Assembly (NCBI GenBank): GCA_020137815.1
Contig: CM035362.1
Span: 2,604,001 to 2,668,000 of the forward strand
DNA: 64,000 bases
Source of the DNA: Hormiphora californensis
Taxonomy: Eukaryota; Animalia; Ctenophora
Direction: 5' to 3'
The notes under the pieces are model-generated. The model saw only the letters and a list, made by a program, of their open reading frames with translations, ran no database searches and had not been told where the DNA came from. Positions 1-12,940 of the stretch are shown one piece after another (the stretch's first letter is position 1; the number at the start of each line of letters is the position of its first letter). Position numbers and translations under genes: made by a program.

Positions 1-3000
1 TTATCTCTGAGAGAAGGGGCTCCAACCATCCCACATTACACTCACAGTGACTGTCCAGGAACACCATGACGTCACCTGGCGGGGGTAATACAGGGTGGTT
101 GTCATGGTGACACATGGTTACACATGGTTACACATGGTTATAACTACAGTTGGCATGGTAACCTGCTGTTATAACACCAGAACACCTCTGCGTGACGTCG
201 CCCAAAGAAGGGGGAGTACATGTATGGTTCCGGTTGTCATGGTGGAACGTGACCCGTCCCGGCGTCTCGAATATGTGGTTATACCACTCTCTTGTCTAGA
301 CACGTCCCATTATACGTCACATGACAGCCGTATCATAATGTCCCTTAGAGGTTACATAGTTACACCAGGCTCACGCACGTACCTTTAGCCCGAGCTGCCC
401 CATATAGCCTGGCTTTTATCAGTCCACTCCTCTTGGGCATCCTAACATGGACTGTCTTTACCTGGAGAGGGAGACATAAAGATGTAGTTCTCAGAACAGC
501 GGTCAGAGCATTAATTAATTGGCTTGACCCTATTATCGCCCTCGGACTCTCGGGGTGACGAAAACAGTCCAGTAGTTGTCAGAGCGTTGTCCTGACAGAG
601 CTGCAGTAGTGCATAAATCGAGATCACAACCGCAATGTCATAAATCATGTCACATTATCGATAATTTTGGTTGATAAATAGCTAACTGGTTTCTCTTGCA
701 TCACATAACTACTTATCTCCACCTGCAGTTGTCACTTATCCACCTACTATAAGATGTTCACAAAACATCTCGCTCAATTCTCGCTGATAACCAGTGGTTA
801 TCAGATGGAGATGGGTGGTTATTAACCATCTCCATCTGGTTGTGATCGACAATTTAGAGATCTCGGTTTCTCTTGCCCCACTACTACTCAATATCAAGGA
901 CCTATCTATTAGCTACCTTGGACCTTGGTTTCTCTTGTACATTGCACCACTGCAGTCATAGTAGGGTCGGTTGTGGGAAGTTGAGTCTGGAATTTTAAAT
1001 TTGACTTGCTGATATGATTAGGGACTCTATAAAAAGTCCAAAGTACCATCCCACGGGTCGCTACCACCCCCGGTTCACTAATTAGTCGTAATTATGTGAT
1101 TTATGACGTTATCGCCAATTAGCACCAATAATACCAGTTCCTGGTCACTTAGAGCTTAGATTTTGATACCAGCTGATAGAGGATCACTAGATTAGTGGGC
1201 ATTCAAAATTTTAGGTCGATCGGAGTTATGGTCGAGGAGTTATAACCGTTTTTCCGTTTGGCTGGCGGTTGGCTGGCACCACGTGGGATTACGGGTTTAG
1301 GTCGTCGTGGGAGGTCGTCATTGGTCGCGTTCGATCGGGCTCGATGAGGTGATCAAAACCTAGTGGGGCCAGACCTTGGCCCCACCCCGTTCTTGGGTTA
1401 TTGGGCTTTTTCGGTTTCCCGCCAAAATATTTTCCCGCCAAAACCGAAAAAGCCTAATAACCCAAGAACGGGGTGGGGCCAAGGTCTGGCCCCACTAGGT
1501 TTTGATCACCTCATCGAGCCCGATCGAACGCGACCAATGACGACCTCCTACGACGACCTAAACCCGTAATCCCACGTGGTGCCAGCCAACCGCCAGCCAA
1601 ACGGAAAAACGGTTATAACTCCTCAACCATAACTCGGATTGACCTCAAAATTTGAATGCCCACTAATCTAGTGATCCTCTATCAGCTGGTATCAAAATCT
1701 AAGCTCTAAGTGACCAGGAACTGGTATTATTAGTGCTAATTGGCGATAACGTCATAAATCACATAATTACGACTAATTAGTGAACCGGGGGTGGTAGAGA
1801 CCTGTGGGATGGTACTTTGGACTTTTTATAGAGTCCCTAATCATATCAGCAAGTCAAATTTAAAATTTCAGACCCAACTTCCCACAACCGACCCTACTAT
1901 CACTACTACTTATCCCTGCCTGGTTAGTGGTTGTGACACCTACCAGTTATCTTGGTTTCTCTTGCACAATGCACCACCACTACTACTTATCCACACCTGG
2001 TTATTGGACACCTACCAGTTTAGCTATCTCGTCATCGAGAGTTTTAAGTTCGGAGCTGTCACTGTAATCATCCACCAGAATGATCTCCTTTAGTAGTCGT
2101 GGGGGTGTCCTGTTGATTACACTGTGCACTGTCCTGAGAGGGAGGGAGGGGGTCATGATTAATAACGAATGGTAACCAAGGTAACGGGATGGTGGGGGTG
2201 TCGTGTTGATCACGCTGTGAACTGTCCTGAGAGTGAAGGAGCTGGGTCACAATGAAAAAGTAAAATGGTTTTGATCGTTTTATTAGGTGATATAGAGACT
2301 GGTGTGAACATTGGAAACTGTGGATCATGGTTTAGATCGATCTATCCAGTAGGTTATTTCCAGTAGGTATCAGGAACCGACCGAATCAGGAAATACTGGT
2401 CCCTGATTGGCTAATAACCAGTCATGTGACCTAAATAACGAGCTCTGATTGGTTGTTTACTTGTTTCGGTAGGTATACTAACCTGAGTAGAACAGTGAGA
2501 GCCTCGTTGTGGAAGACAATGACAATACTGGCGGTAGGGAGATTGTGGGGGTAAAGTAGGACATCGCACCCGGGTGATCTCGTATCTCCTATTGGACGGT
2601 TAACGGGCGTCTGGTCACTTAGAAATGAGTTGAACCTGCCGGGGTGAAATAGTTTATATGAAGTTGAATCGTTCATACCATTTAATTTTTCGTCGCTTGC
2701 ACGGAAAATAATAGAGGGTACCTCAGCGAGTCAAAAATAAAATTGACTTTGGCAAACCATGTCCACCGGTACTAAGCGCATCAACCAATATATTCTAACA
2801 ACTGTTTCTCAACCCAAGTTATAGAGACGGCCTCCAAGAAGAAGAAGAAGAATAAAATTTGTTAGTACGTCCAGTAACAACAGCTGGTTACCTGTGTTTC
2901 TTCATAGCCAGATCTTTTAGTTTCAACTTCTCCCGGTGTGATACATGTCTCTTGTAGAAGGGTCCGTATATAGCCGGCTGGTTTGGTAGGCCCATATAGG

Positions 3001-3961
3001 ATCGCTCTGATACGATATAATTATTGGGTTAACTAATTACTTGCTGTACTGGGTGGCTACGCGGTGACAAGTCAAAACTTTATTAGGGACCACTAGTATA
3101 GGACTTGGACCCTTATGGTGACACATGACTAGAAAATGGTTACCTAAATAGTCTGAGTTGAAGAGGGCAAGATAAAGGAATGCGAAGGTAAGCCAGGCTG
3201 ATATTACCATCCCTGCTCCCCATATTATCTTCCCATGCTGTTTTATTACCGGTCTGAAGTATAGGGGTAGTCAGAAATTATACCATGTTGATCCTTGTTC
3301 TGTTCTAGAGAGGGTCGAGACAGAAAGTCATCCAACAGCAGATTGGAGGACTGAACTGATTAATATGTCTAGCAAACCTGGCGTATGTGTCAAAATGTTT
3401 GTTGGCAAGGCCATAGTGCTGCTTTACCCACACTCTGACCGGTCTGAGCTGTTCATTATCTGTGTGTTTCACGGCTTGTGATCTGGGCGGGAGATGTGGG
3501 ATAGTAATGGGCTAACAATTGAGAATGCACAGTTATTAACTGATCGAAATTCAAAGTATAAAACTTGCCAACCCTAAATATATTTGGTAACTCAGGTAAC
3601 TGGTATACCTGAGATAATGTGACAGGGCACGACACTGGATTACTAATACAACCCTCAGCGCCCTACAAATAACCGACAAATCTGCTACAGCTTTCTTGGC
3701 CTGTTCGATCTGTTCAGTGTGTTCCAACACACTGGCCACGTGTGACGTCACTTCGTCAGTAGCTGCATCTGGTTGCGTTGTCATGGTTACCACTGATTCT
3801 TCATTAGATATTTCCATTCCGTTTTCATCGATATCACGATCGATAATTTCTGGGACAATCACGGCATCTTCGAGGTTAGGGGATGACGATTCTTCACTTC
3901 TCATCATGAGTCCATCGTCATCTTGGTTTAATTCTCCCTCCGAGTCCTGTGGGTCCAACAT
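1..3961 (-). CDS. GALNT: Polypeptide N-acetylgalactosaminyltransferase (GT27), 5' part; runs off the window
   Basis: Phase-consistent GT-AG exons 3961-3609, 3482-3378, 3253-3144, 3006-2892, 2635-2483, 2133-2016, 461-383, 75-<1. They encode a TM anchor ([22 protein letters not shown]), [46 protein letters not shown] and the DxH motif [17 protein letters not shown]. The first two exons are less certain. Confidence 0.92.
958..1900. mobile_element. Fold-back (near-perfect palindromic) non-autonomous DNA transposon in a GALNT intron
   Basis: Arms of about 460 bp: atagtagggtcggttgtgggaagttg... / ...caacttcccacaaccgaccctactat, centre near 1428, TA at both ends. Confidence 0.85.
2371..2470. mobile_element. 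MITE family B (hAT-like, about 108 bp), 3'-truncated
   Basis: caggaaccgaccgaatcaggaaatactggtccctgattggct... matches the other 8 copies. Confidence 0.85.
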
Positions 3962-4952
3962 CTGGTTTTATGAAGGAGCACCGTCGTCAAGGTAACGAAT
4001 TGTGAGTGGATATTCCACAAACCGGATTTTACGGCAACCAGATGTGTGCTAACTTAGGCCGATGGTATGGCTAAAAGGAATGAAAAGGAATGAAAACGTA
4101 ATCAAACATGGACCAATTTGACTGAACAACTCTATACAAATGTAACATAGGGTTCCAACTTTGGATATAGTGAGGGGGTGAGAGAGAGAGAGAGAGAGAG
4201 AAGGTTGTGTGTGGAGCCGTGGTTACATGCGGTAGGGACGTGGAGTGTGCTACTATGCACATCATGTACTTGTACACTGTGTATAAAGCTCAGACATTTG
4301 ATGTGGATTTCCAATGATGAATAACCATGACTTTGATTTGTTCAAACCTTTTTAATTTCCACCGTACGGGGCGTGGCGAGACAGAGTTGTAGCAAGGCAA
4401 TAACTCTAGTTGTCACTTAGTTTTTATTAAGTCGGATTTTGCAAGGGAATCTTTTGAAGAAACAAGTTTTTGTAGATAAGAATGTACCTCTCCATTGGAG
4501 AAAGAAAACAAAACCATATCTGATACGAAAACACTCATTCAAAAAATGTCCTAATCCTGACACTTCCAGCTCACTACATGGTCGCGAACTGTCTGGTGGT
4601 CTGACCTGAGTTCATGAAATCTAAACGGATCCAGAATGTGGCTCATAACAGGTGAAGACACTAAACAGGAATTGTATGACTTTCACACTTTATTCAAAAC
4701 GAACAGAAATTTATGTTCTCGACAATATTAACAGTCTTTTCATCATCATCATCATCATCATTCATGCTATGTACAATGATAGGCACAAAAAGAAAACAAA
4801 CTTACGAAAATAATCTTTCAGAGTTCTTACCGACAAACATATACCGACAAACACACCGACATTCTGACATAACACACCGACCAACAATTAACAACCCTAG
4901 TCCCTAATGAACCAAACCTACAGACAACCCCCTCCCCACAACCCAAACACAT

Positions 4953-7900
4953 CTAGTACCCTGTAGTCCTGACTAAACACAAACTACAACTACTCCCAAC
5001 CAGTGCCACAATATTCACTGTCACTATGGCAACCAAAGGGAGGTATGACATCATCAAATATCGGATGATCCCACTGGAGTTCATCATCAACACGACGAGG
5101 GTAAAGATCTGAGCGCTGTTGTCTTTGTAGACCGTTCCGATTGCTGTGGTGATTATCACGTTGTTGGAAACATCTATCACGCCTGGAGGAGGGAGTGAGA
5201 TTAAGATAGGGGAAGCTTGAAGAAGAAAGATTCTTAAAGTTTATTATATGGACCTTTCATGAACCCCCATCCTACTGGGATCTGTCAGCGCAATGCCTGC
5301 AAGTTGCAACCTTTCTCCTCCAAAGCGAGCAAGGGAGAAAGTTTCAACGTGATGCTTGACAGGCTGGAATTTTGAAATACGACGATGAACGTCTAAAATT
5401 CATAATTGGCTCATCGCGAAAGTTGTCGAAACTTTCGACAACTTTCGCATTGAGCCAATCATGGGGTTTAGGCGTTGTTGGCAGTTTCAATTATTTTAAG
5501 TCAGTAAAACTGGAACTCCAGAGAGGACCAATCAAAAGTGCCCCAAACAATTTAAATATTCACTTTCGCTCTGTTACAGAGCGAAAGTGAATATTTAAAT
5601 TTCAATTATTGCAAGTCACCAAAATTGGAACTACATAGTCTGTAGTTCCAGTTTTAGTGACTTGCAATAATTGAAATTACAGTCGGACCCCGATTTAGGG
5701 ACACCCTCGGGGGTAAGGCTCTTGTCCACTAAATCGGGGTCAAATAAGGTTAATTTCCTATATCGGGGGGAAAAAATCCTGTCCCTAAATCGGGGTGCCA
5801 CTAAATCGGGGGCCCCTAAATCGGGGTCCGACTGTATATGCTTTGTTTGACGTCATAAAGATGTCAAATCAATCATATCGCAACTTAATTTCTCTTTACT
5901 GACAAAATTCTGCAGCTCTGTGACTGCTGCAAATTCAAGAATTCAGTTATCTAGTCTGGGGCTTGGGCGAATGCCAAATATAAGGTTTGATTTATTCTCA
6001 CACGTGCAGTGCTATCAGTTGTAAATTAATAAGTTTTGAGCCGGAACTTGAATTGTACTGATAAAGTCTAGTTAAGTAGAACTGTAAAATATTGGTGAAT
6101 TAAAACTGTGGCACATACTTGGTATCCAAGACACCTCACACTCGCGGCCTTCGTTCGGTGCGCTTCGCGCGCCGGCAAGGGAGGGGTAACTTCGTTACCA
6201 AGGCACATACAGTGCAGCAGTCGATAAAAAAAGTAGAAAATATATATCAGAATCTGAACCAGGTCTCACAAATTTCGTACATAAATATAAATTTCAAATT
6301 TGTTAACACCTACCTATGCATATTCCAAGAGCGTTGTTTGCCCACCGGTTAGGCTCAATAACAGGGGCCGAGTTGTAGAAGAGAGGGAACATGAAGGCTA
6401 TCACGGTGTAGGCTGTCACACCCAGGAATGTCGTTAGAACACTGGATCTCTTGAATCCTAACCGAGATACAACCCTACCTGCTATCTGGCCTCCTGATCA
6501 GAAGAGAGTGTGATTGATATGTGATGGGAGTCAGGAATGAATGCATTTTACCGGGCCGTGGCACTATTATAGGGGAGAAGATAGTGTGACCCTCACAGAG
6601 TGTGCGGTGTGAGCTACACAATGATATTGTATACGAGACAGAGGTGAATGTATTTAACAGACACTGTCGGGGAAAGCAGTTAGGATTAAACGATCAAGAC
6701 ATACAGCGCCGCTTGTAGTCATATTACCGTAATGGAAATACAGTAACGAGACGCACACTTTGCATAACGTGCAACAAAAAGTGCATGTTTCAGCACGTAC
6801 TAGCGCCCTGATTGGCCACGGTTGCACGTCTTCATACTGTATCTCCGTTTTCCATTACCGTTTTCTCACTACAAGCGACCGGGTTAGCTGGGAACTAATT
6901 GACATACCGACTATCTCTCCGATTCCAACAAAGATTCCGAATTCTGCAATGTACGACCGTTGTTCAAAGAGCATTCCGATGTAGCTTGGGATAAGAGGAG
7001 TATACAGCTGGGAGTAGATACCTGAAATTTGTATTGGTTATTGGAAAATTGAGGTCTGTTGTGAAATTATCGATATTTTTTTTCGCTATGAGCGTAATGA
7101 CAGACAGCTCTCTGCACTGCGCTCTGAGCGAAGTGCACAAGAAAAGGTCTTTCGAAATATTGACAACTTGGTGAAATTGATCTTCCACCCCGGATATATG
7201 ACCAAATTTGGAAATATCTTGATCTCATCATGTCAACTGTCAGATATTATCCGATACGATCTATTAGACCGTTTCCACAGATGACCCACGCCCAAAAACA
7301 GTGACACATATAAGGTAATCTTTGAGCAAAGATGGTACCAGTTCCAAGCTATTATCTAGACAGTTCTAGACATTGTTGACATGGGCGAGATCTTGGTTGT
7401 GACCAACATTGGTTTCAAAGCAAAGCTAGACACTTCTCTTGAAAGCAATGACATGTTGAGCTAGATTAGCTAGATGCAGTGTCACTGTCTAGACAGCGTC
7501 TAGACAGTGTCTAGAAATTGTCTAGTAGAAAGTTATCTTGATAGTACATAACTACCTGTTGAGCACAGTGGTAGGAGAAGGTAGATGTTCTTTCTACGGA
7601 ATAACGGCCTCAGAGACTGTTTGAAATCCTCCCAGAACGTGCTTGGCTCTTCTAGAGATAATAAATGAACGAGTTAAGTCTCGGAAATAAATATATTTCG
7701 GTCTGGAATATGTCTTGGAAAGTAACATTATATTGAGGAATGAAGTCTAGATGAGGAATGAAGCAATTTAATATTGTTACCGTTTTCGCTTGGTTCATAT
7801 TCAGAATCAGAACTGTTTACAAGGCTTTCATAACTCTTATCCATATCAGAAACCTTCTTTTTTAGCTTAGCATCCTGAGATAGGAATTATTAAAACTTAC

Positions 7901-10555
7901 TCAACTCGCCGTTTGTCTCATATAAGACCGTCCTCTTCGCAACGGGCCGAAGAGTACTTGCGAGGTGCGCGATGTATAACAGTCAGTGCCTGACAACTCG
8001 CCGTATACTTAATCCAAGTACTTGAAACCACAAATATGACACTGATCCATGATCCATTGATCACCGGAAGCTACTACTTACATCAATAAGAGGTCGCTCC
8101 TCACCCTCCTCTTCCTCCTCCTCTCCGTATGCAGGTAGGGGAGGTGGGGTTCGTGTTAGACAGTACAATAAACACCCAGTTGTACACATGGCCGTCAGTG
8201 CTCCCGCTACAACCTGTGTAATGGTATAGTTATAGTGGTTATACACACTGCAATATAGTTGTAGAATGAATCCTTTCGCCCTGTATTATAGGACACATTT
8301 GTTATATGATTTACATTTGTGGGGCGCGGTGAGACAGGGTCCAACAAGGCAAGGACAATATACATATTAGTGATGATATGAGCTACAACTTGAAACCAGA
8401 CTGGTCCTGTCAAATTTCAGTTCAGTGACCCCACCACACCTAGTTGGAACATGTTTTGCATATATTGTGGCGAGACATAGTATATTCATTTTGAGATCAT
8501 GCATCCTCTTCCTCAATGATATTTCGCCGAGTGACATGTATTTTACTACTTAGCAAGACGGCTGTGTTGCGACAAAGGATTTAACGTTAATCATGCCTCT
8601 AAATAAAATATGGTGCCCAAATCAATGTCAGCTGCATGGATTCCCAGCTGTAGTGATTTAGTGACTAATAATTAGGGCGTGATTACTAGCAGGTGGATGG
8701 AGTCTAAGCTAAGAGGGAGGGAGAGCGTTATATTTATATTATTTCGAAAGTTAACACCGCCACTGGAAATTGTTTAATGTCTCCCTGCTGCTCTGTTAAT
8801 TACAGTGTATGCAGTAATTTACCAAGTGGGACGTTATATAGGAACAGCTGTGGTGAATGAATGTGTACACAAGTCTGGAAAGTTGAAAATAATATTTTTA
8901 TGTAGAACGGGATCTGAAATTCTGAAAAAAAACTCATACATGTCATAGTTCATATATTATAGCATTACAGTCGGACCCCGATTTACCGGAACCCCGATTT
9001 ACCGGGAGGATAATCTTCCCCCGAAATAGGAAATTAACAGTATTTGACCCCGATATACCGGGCACCCCGATTTACCGGGCAAGACCCTTTCCGGGAAAGT
9101 TTCCCCCGAGCATCCCAGTAAATCGGGGTCCGCGATTGTACTATCTAAGCTGGGTGTGCGAATAATTTACAAATTACCATTCGGGTTGAGTCATCCAGGA
9201 AAAGTCTGTTCCCAATCCCAAAGTAGAGGACCAAGTTACCGAACAGGATACAGCTCATAAATATCATCCAGTGTAGTCCACTATTCCGGGCCATTTGGGA
9301 TTTAGTGGAGTTCTCAGAGAGGAATTGTAGGGATACAGCCCGTGAGAACGCATTTCCTGTTGGAATAGGATGAAATGGTTTACAACTTTATCTCTAAAAA
9401 AATGTATTTCACCTTCTATTCATGAGTGCCATCATGTGTAAAATATTTTCGATGTATTGCATTTTACGAAAGAGAGAGAAGAAAGAATGAAAAAAGAGAG
9501 ACAGTGACAGAGATATAGGACCATGATATAATGCTGACCCCAATGTGTCATATTCTGCTTGTATAACACACAAGCATACCAGTGTGTGACTGATGATCTA
9601 CATAACATGGGCTCTCTCTATAATACACAATTGTTGTTGACAGAGCTCCCATTATGATCTGGGTAGCAGCTTCCCCCCCCCCCCAACAGCAGCTTACAGA
9701 ACGGCCAACATTCATAGAGATCACCCCTAACCACCCTAACAAACAAACAAACAAATAAACAAACAAACAAACATTATTCGATCTCTAAGTACCACACAAC
9801 AACCCAAACAATCCATGCAGCCCAGCTTGAAATGTAAAATTATTTGTTACAAACCCAGAACAACCACCGATATCCACAGCCCACTTCCTCCTCTTTACTC
9901 TTACCTATTCCATTGATGGCTTGACACATTAAGATACTCCAGTTATAGGGTACAAACAGGGCACAACTGATGGGTATGGTACAGAGGGATCCCAACACCA
10001 GACTCAGTCTCAATCCCATTACCTAGAGAGGGGGGAGGTGTGTTAACATCCCGACAATGTGTTGCATAGAACAATGTAGCACAAACCGTTATCATACTAC
10101 ATGACTGTTTCTTCGTTCAAACAATTAAACTCGGTTCAGAGAGGGTAGTTTTTTATGAGACAAGAACAAGGAAGTATGAAATCTTAATTAAAGTTTAAGA
10201 TGGCTTCATTACCTTGATGGCGTATGGTGTGATAAATGCAGCGATTACAACAAAAAGGTTGTTCAACATCAGTCCTGTGAATGCTGTATGTGACGATATC
10301 CCATTCCTTCCCATCATGTCAGCGAATGCCGTGGGCTAAAACAGAAGGAAACTTTAGTAAAATCGCTCATCCATGATTACCATGGTTACCATGGTTACCA
10401 CCCTAAAAACCAATTATACTGATATTTCCCGTCTAAATTGCTATACCTACCATGACTGCGGCGCCTCCGTAGTAGCTGCTGTATACCAGCATCACTGCCA
10501 CTGCGTTCACGAGGATGTTCCATGTCCTGATCTTCTGATCTCTCGACTTGAACAT
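4953..10555 (-). CDS. MFSD11: UNC93-like / MFSD11-like MFS transporter, about 456 aa, 10 coding exons
   Basis: Exons 10555-10451, 10335-10213, 10022-9905, 9356-9178, 8213-8082, 7874-7781, 7651-7556, 7021-6908, 6493-6314, 5182-4953, all phase-consistent. Motifs SENS...MARNSGLHW...LFGNL, GIFVGIGEIVGG and YKDNSAQIF resemble the MFSD11/UNC93 family. Confidence 0.85.
5680..5834. mobile_element. MITE family A (Tc1/mariner-type, TA TSD)
   Basis: TA|cagtcggaccccgattt...aaatcggggtccgactg|TA. Confidence 0.9.
8968..9138. mobile_element. MITE family A
   Basis: TA|cagtcggaccccgatttaccgg...aaatcggggtccgcgattg|TA. Confidence 0.85.
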
Positions 10556-11185
10556 TGCCACTCCAACCTATGGTTCATGAGAGAGAGAGGAAGTTAGGAT
10601 TAATTGACGAATGATTGAGGACAATCATGAAGAATGAGGAAGTAGGGAAAATGACATGTGTATCTCAAGAGAAAAGAATGGCGTTTCGGCAGTTCTAAAA
10701 ACACGACACGTACAGCGTACATTGTTACTGAAACCTAAATACAAAATGCGTGTACACATAAATTGGAACGTGACGACCTGCACTTGTATGGCCTTTATAA
10801 CGGAACCATCGAAACGGTGGATGGAAATGGAAATGGCCTGGACAGGTGTAATAACTGCAAACACTGCAGGAATGCTTGACAGCTCCGAAAGCACAAGTAA
10901 TGTACATTTCACTCACACACGTTATGTGCTGCAGTAGAGAACACTTAATTGGCCTTGCGAGTTTCGCTAATTGGTAGTAGGATCAGAATTGGGGCGAGAG
11001 AGAAAAGAAGACACAGAGCGAGGGAATGAAAAAGACAGAGAATGAAAAAGACACATAGAGAAAGAAAGTTGACTTTGACGGAGTGAAGATGACCAAAAAG
11101 ACACCAGGAAAACAACCCATGTAACGAAAACAGTTGTACATAATATGCGGAGCACATGTTGTCGAGTAAGTGGTGAGCAACAACC

Positions 11186-11189
<4 letters not shown>

Positions 11190-11239
<50 letters not shown>

Positions 11240-11254
11240 TCTCTCTCTTCTCTA

Positions 11255-11303
<49 letters not shown>

Positions 11304-11360
11304 TTCTATCTCTCTCTCTCTCTTTCTCTCTCTATCTCTCTCTCTCTCTCGCTCTCTCTC
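11190..11360. repeat. (CT)n microsatellite
   Basis: Direct reading of the sequence. Confidence 0.95.
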
Positions 11361-12940
11361 TTAGCACTTCGATAGGATAAATCCTGCAGTGCAAGTCTAC
11401 ATTCGTCAAACTGCTTGCAGTGCAAAGAGTTGTTAGAAACCACATGAACAATTTGGACAAGTCAAAAGAGAAGACAGATTGGAGTAGCTGATTAGGACAA
11501 ATTAGGACAGTAGCGAGAAACAGTTACTGTTAGCTATCAGTGAGTAATAGATCAATGACCTAGGAAGTAGGATATGTCGATCCTCCTGTTAAACAGAGAT
11601 AACAGATAACCGATGTCATAGTCTAGGAGTATCTCGTATCTCGTATTTTTGCCTTGTTCGACCGACGACACTCGTTGTCTCTCTGACTCTCGTGGAAAGA
11701 AAAAACAAAAAGATGGGTTATAGCTTGAGACGAATCAGCCACCTGAGGGGACATGCCCATACTGTAATATATGGACACTATCATTTCATTTTGATACACA
11801 ACTGAATTAAATACAAAGTCCTCTCTGACGCACAATTATGCAGATGCCGGCTGGGAAAAGAGATAACTCTCTAGATAACACAATATATACCAACTGCTGT
11901 ATTATAACCTCCCTATCTTCCTGTTATAATTTCCAACAACAGCCCTCTCAAATCACATACTATATCACCTCAGCGGCATTAGCACAACCCCCTCACAACA
12001 CTGAACTGATGAACTCATGGCTGGTGGTGTGATAGCACATAGCCTTCTCATGGTTGTCATGGAAACGTGTATAATGCCATTGGGTAAAGCTGCTCCTTAC
12101 CTGATAACACTTGTGACGTCATAATGTGGCTTCCAGACTATTTACTGACGTCATACACGAGATGGGAAGTAATTGGGTGGGAAGTGGGTGCTTTGGATTT
12201 CTTATTTTATCTCCTAGCTACCTGTCATCCTTCTTCTCCTTTTCAACAAATCAAAACACGCAAATTTTGGTTTTTTAAAAGTGAAATGCAGCTGGGCCAA
12301 TCTTTTGAGGAATCAAAAAGTAAAAAAAGAGAAATCTCTCTGTCATATAATTGTGCATGTGGTGCAGACCCCTGATCATGTGTACTGCAAGGGGGCAGTA
12401 ACGATAACACAGGGGACTTTATCACGTGCTAATCACATGTAGTTGGGTCGTGAATAATAATATCTCTTTAAATGTGCACTTGCATTGGTACTACGTTACA
12501 CATACATATGCAACTAACATAATAAAATTTAAACTTATTTTTACTTTTTTCAAATCTATAGTTACAACTATATAATTGTGATATTAAGTTGTCAGGAAGA
12601 ATCGTGTGATGAAACTAACAAAACACTAAAAGCCTGATGGGAAAAATATCAACTGTCTCTCTTTTTCTCGTAGGATAAAAACTAGCTCGATTTCCGTCAG
12701 TCAACCTTGTGTAGAACTGTGGTCACAAGATGGAGCTAAAAGTAGACTTCCATAATTTTAGCGAAGTATTATATTGATTTTGTAACACAGGAAAAAAAAC
12801 TATATTCTCTAAAACTCTGCACACCTAAACACATGCACACATCAATTGTGCATAAACATGTACATATCTGCCAAATTGTTTAAAGACACATATCGGTCGC
12901 AAAGTTATTATTGCACTTCCTCCACGTGGTCGCAAAGTTA

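Noticed and set aside
3210-3961. Separate upstream gene ending at TAG 3305, forming an operon with GALNT
   Set aside because: A phase-2 donor at 3377 joins in frame to the acceptor at 3254, so a single gene is more parsimonious.
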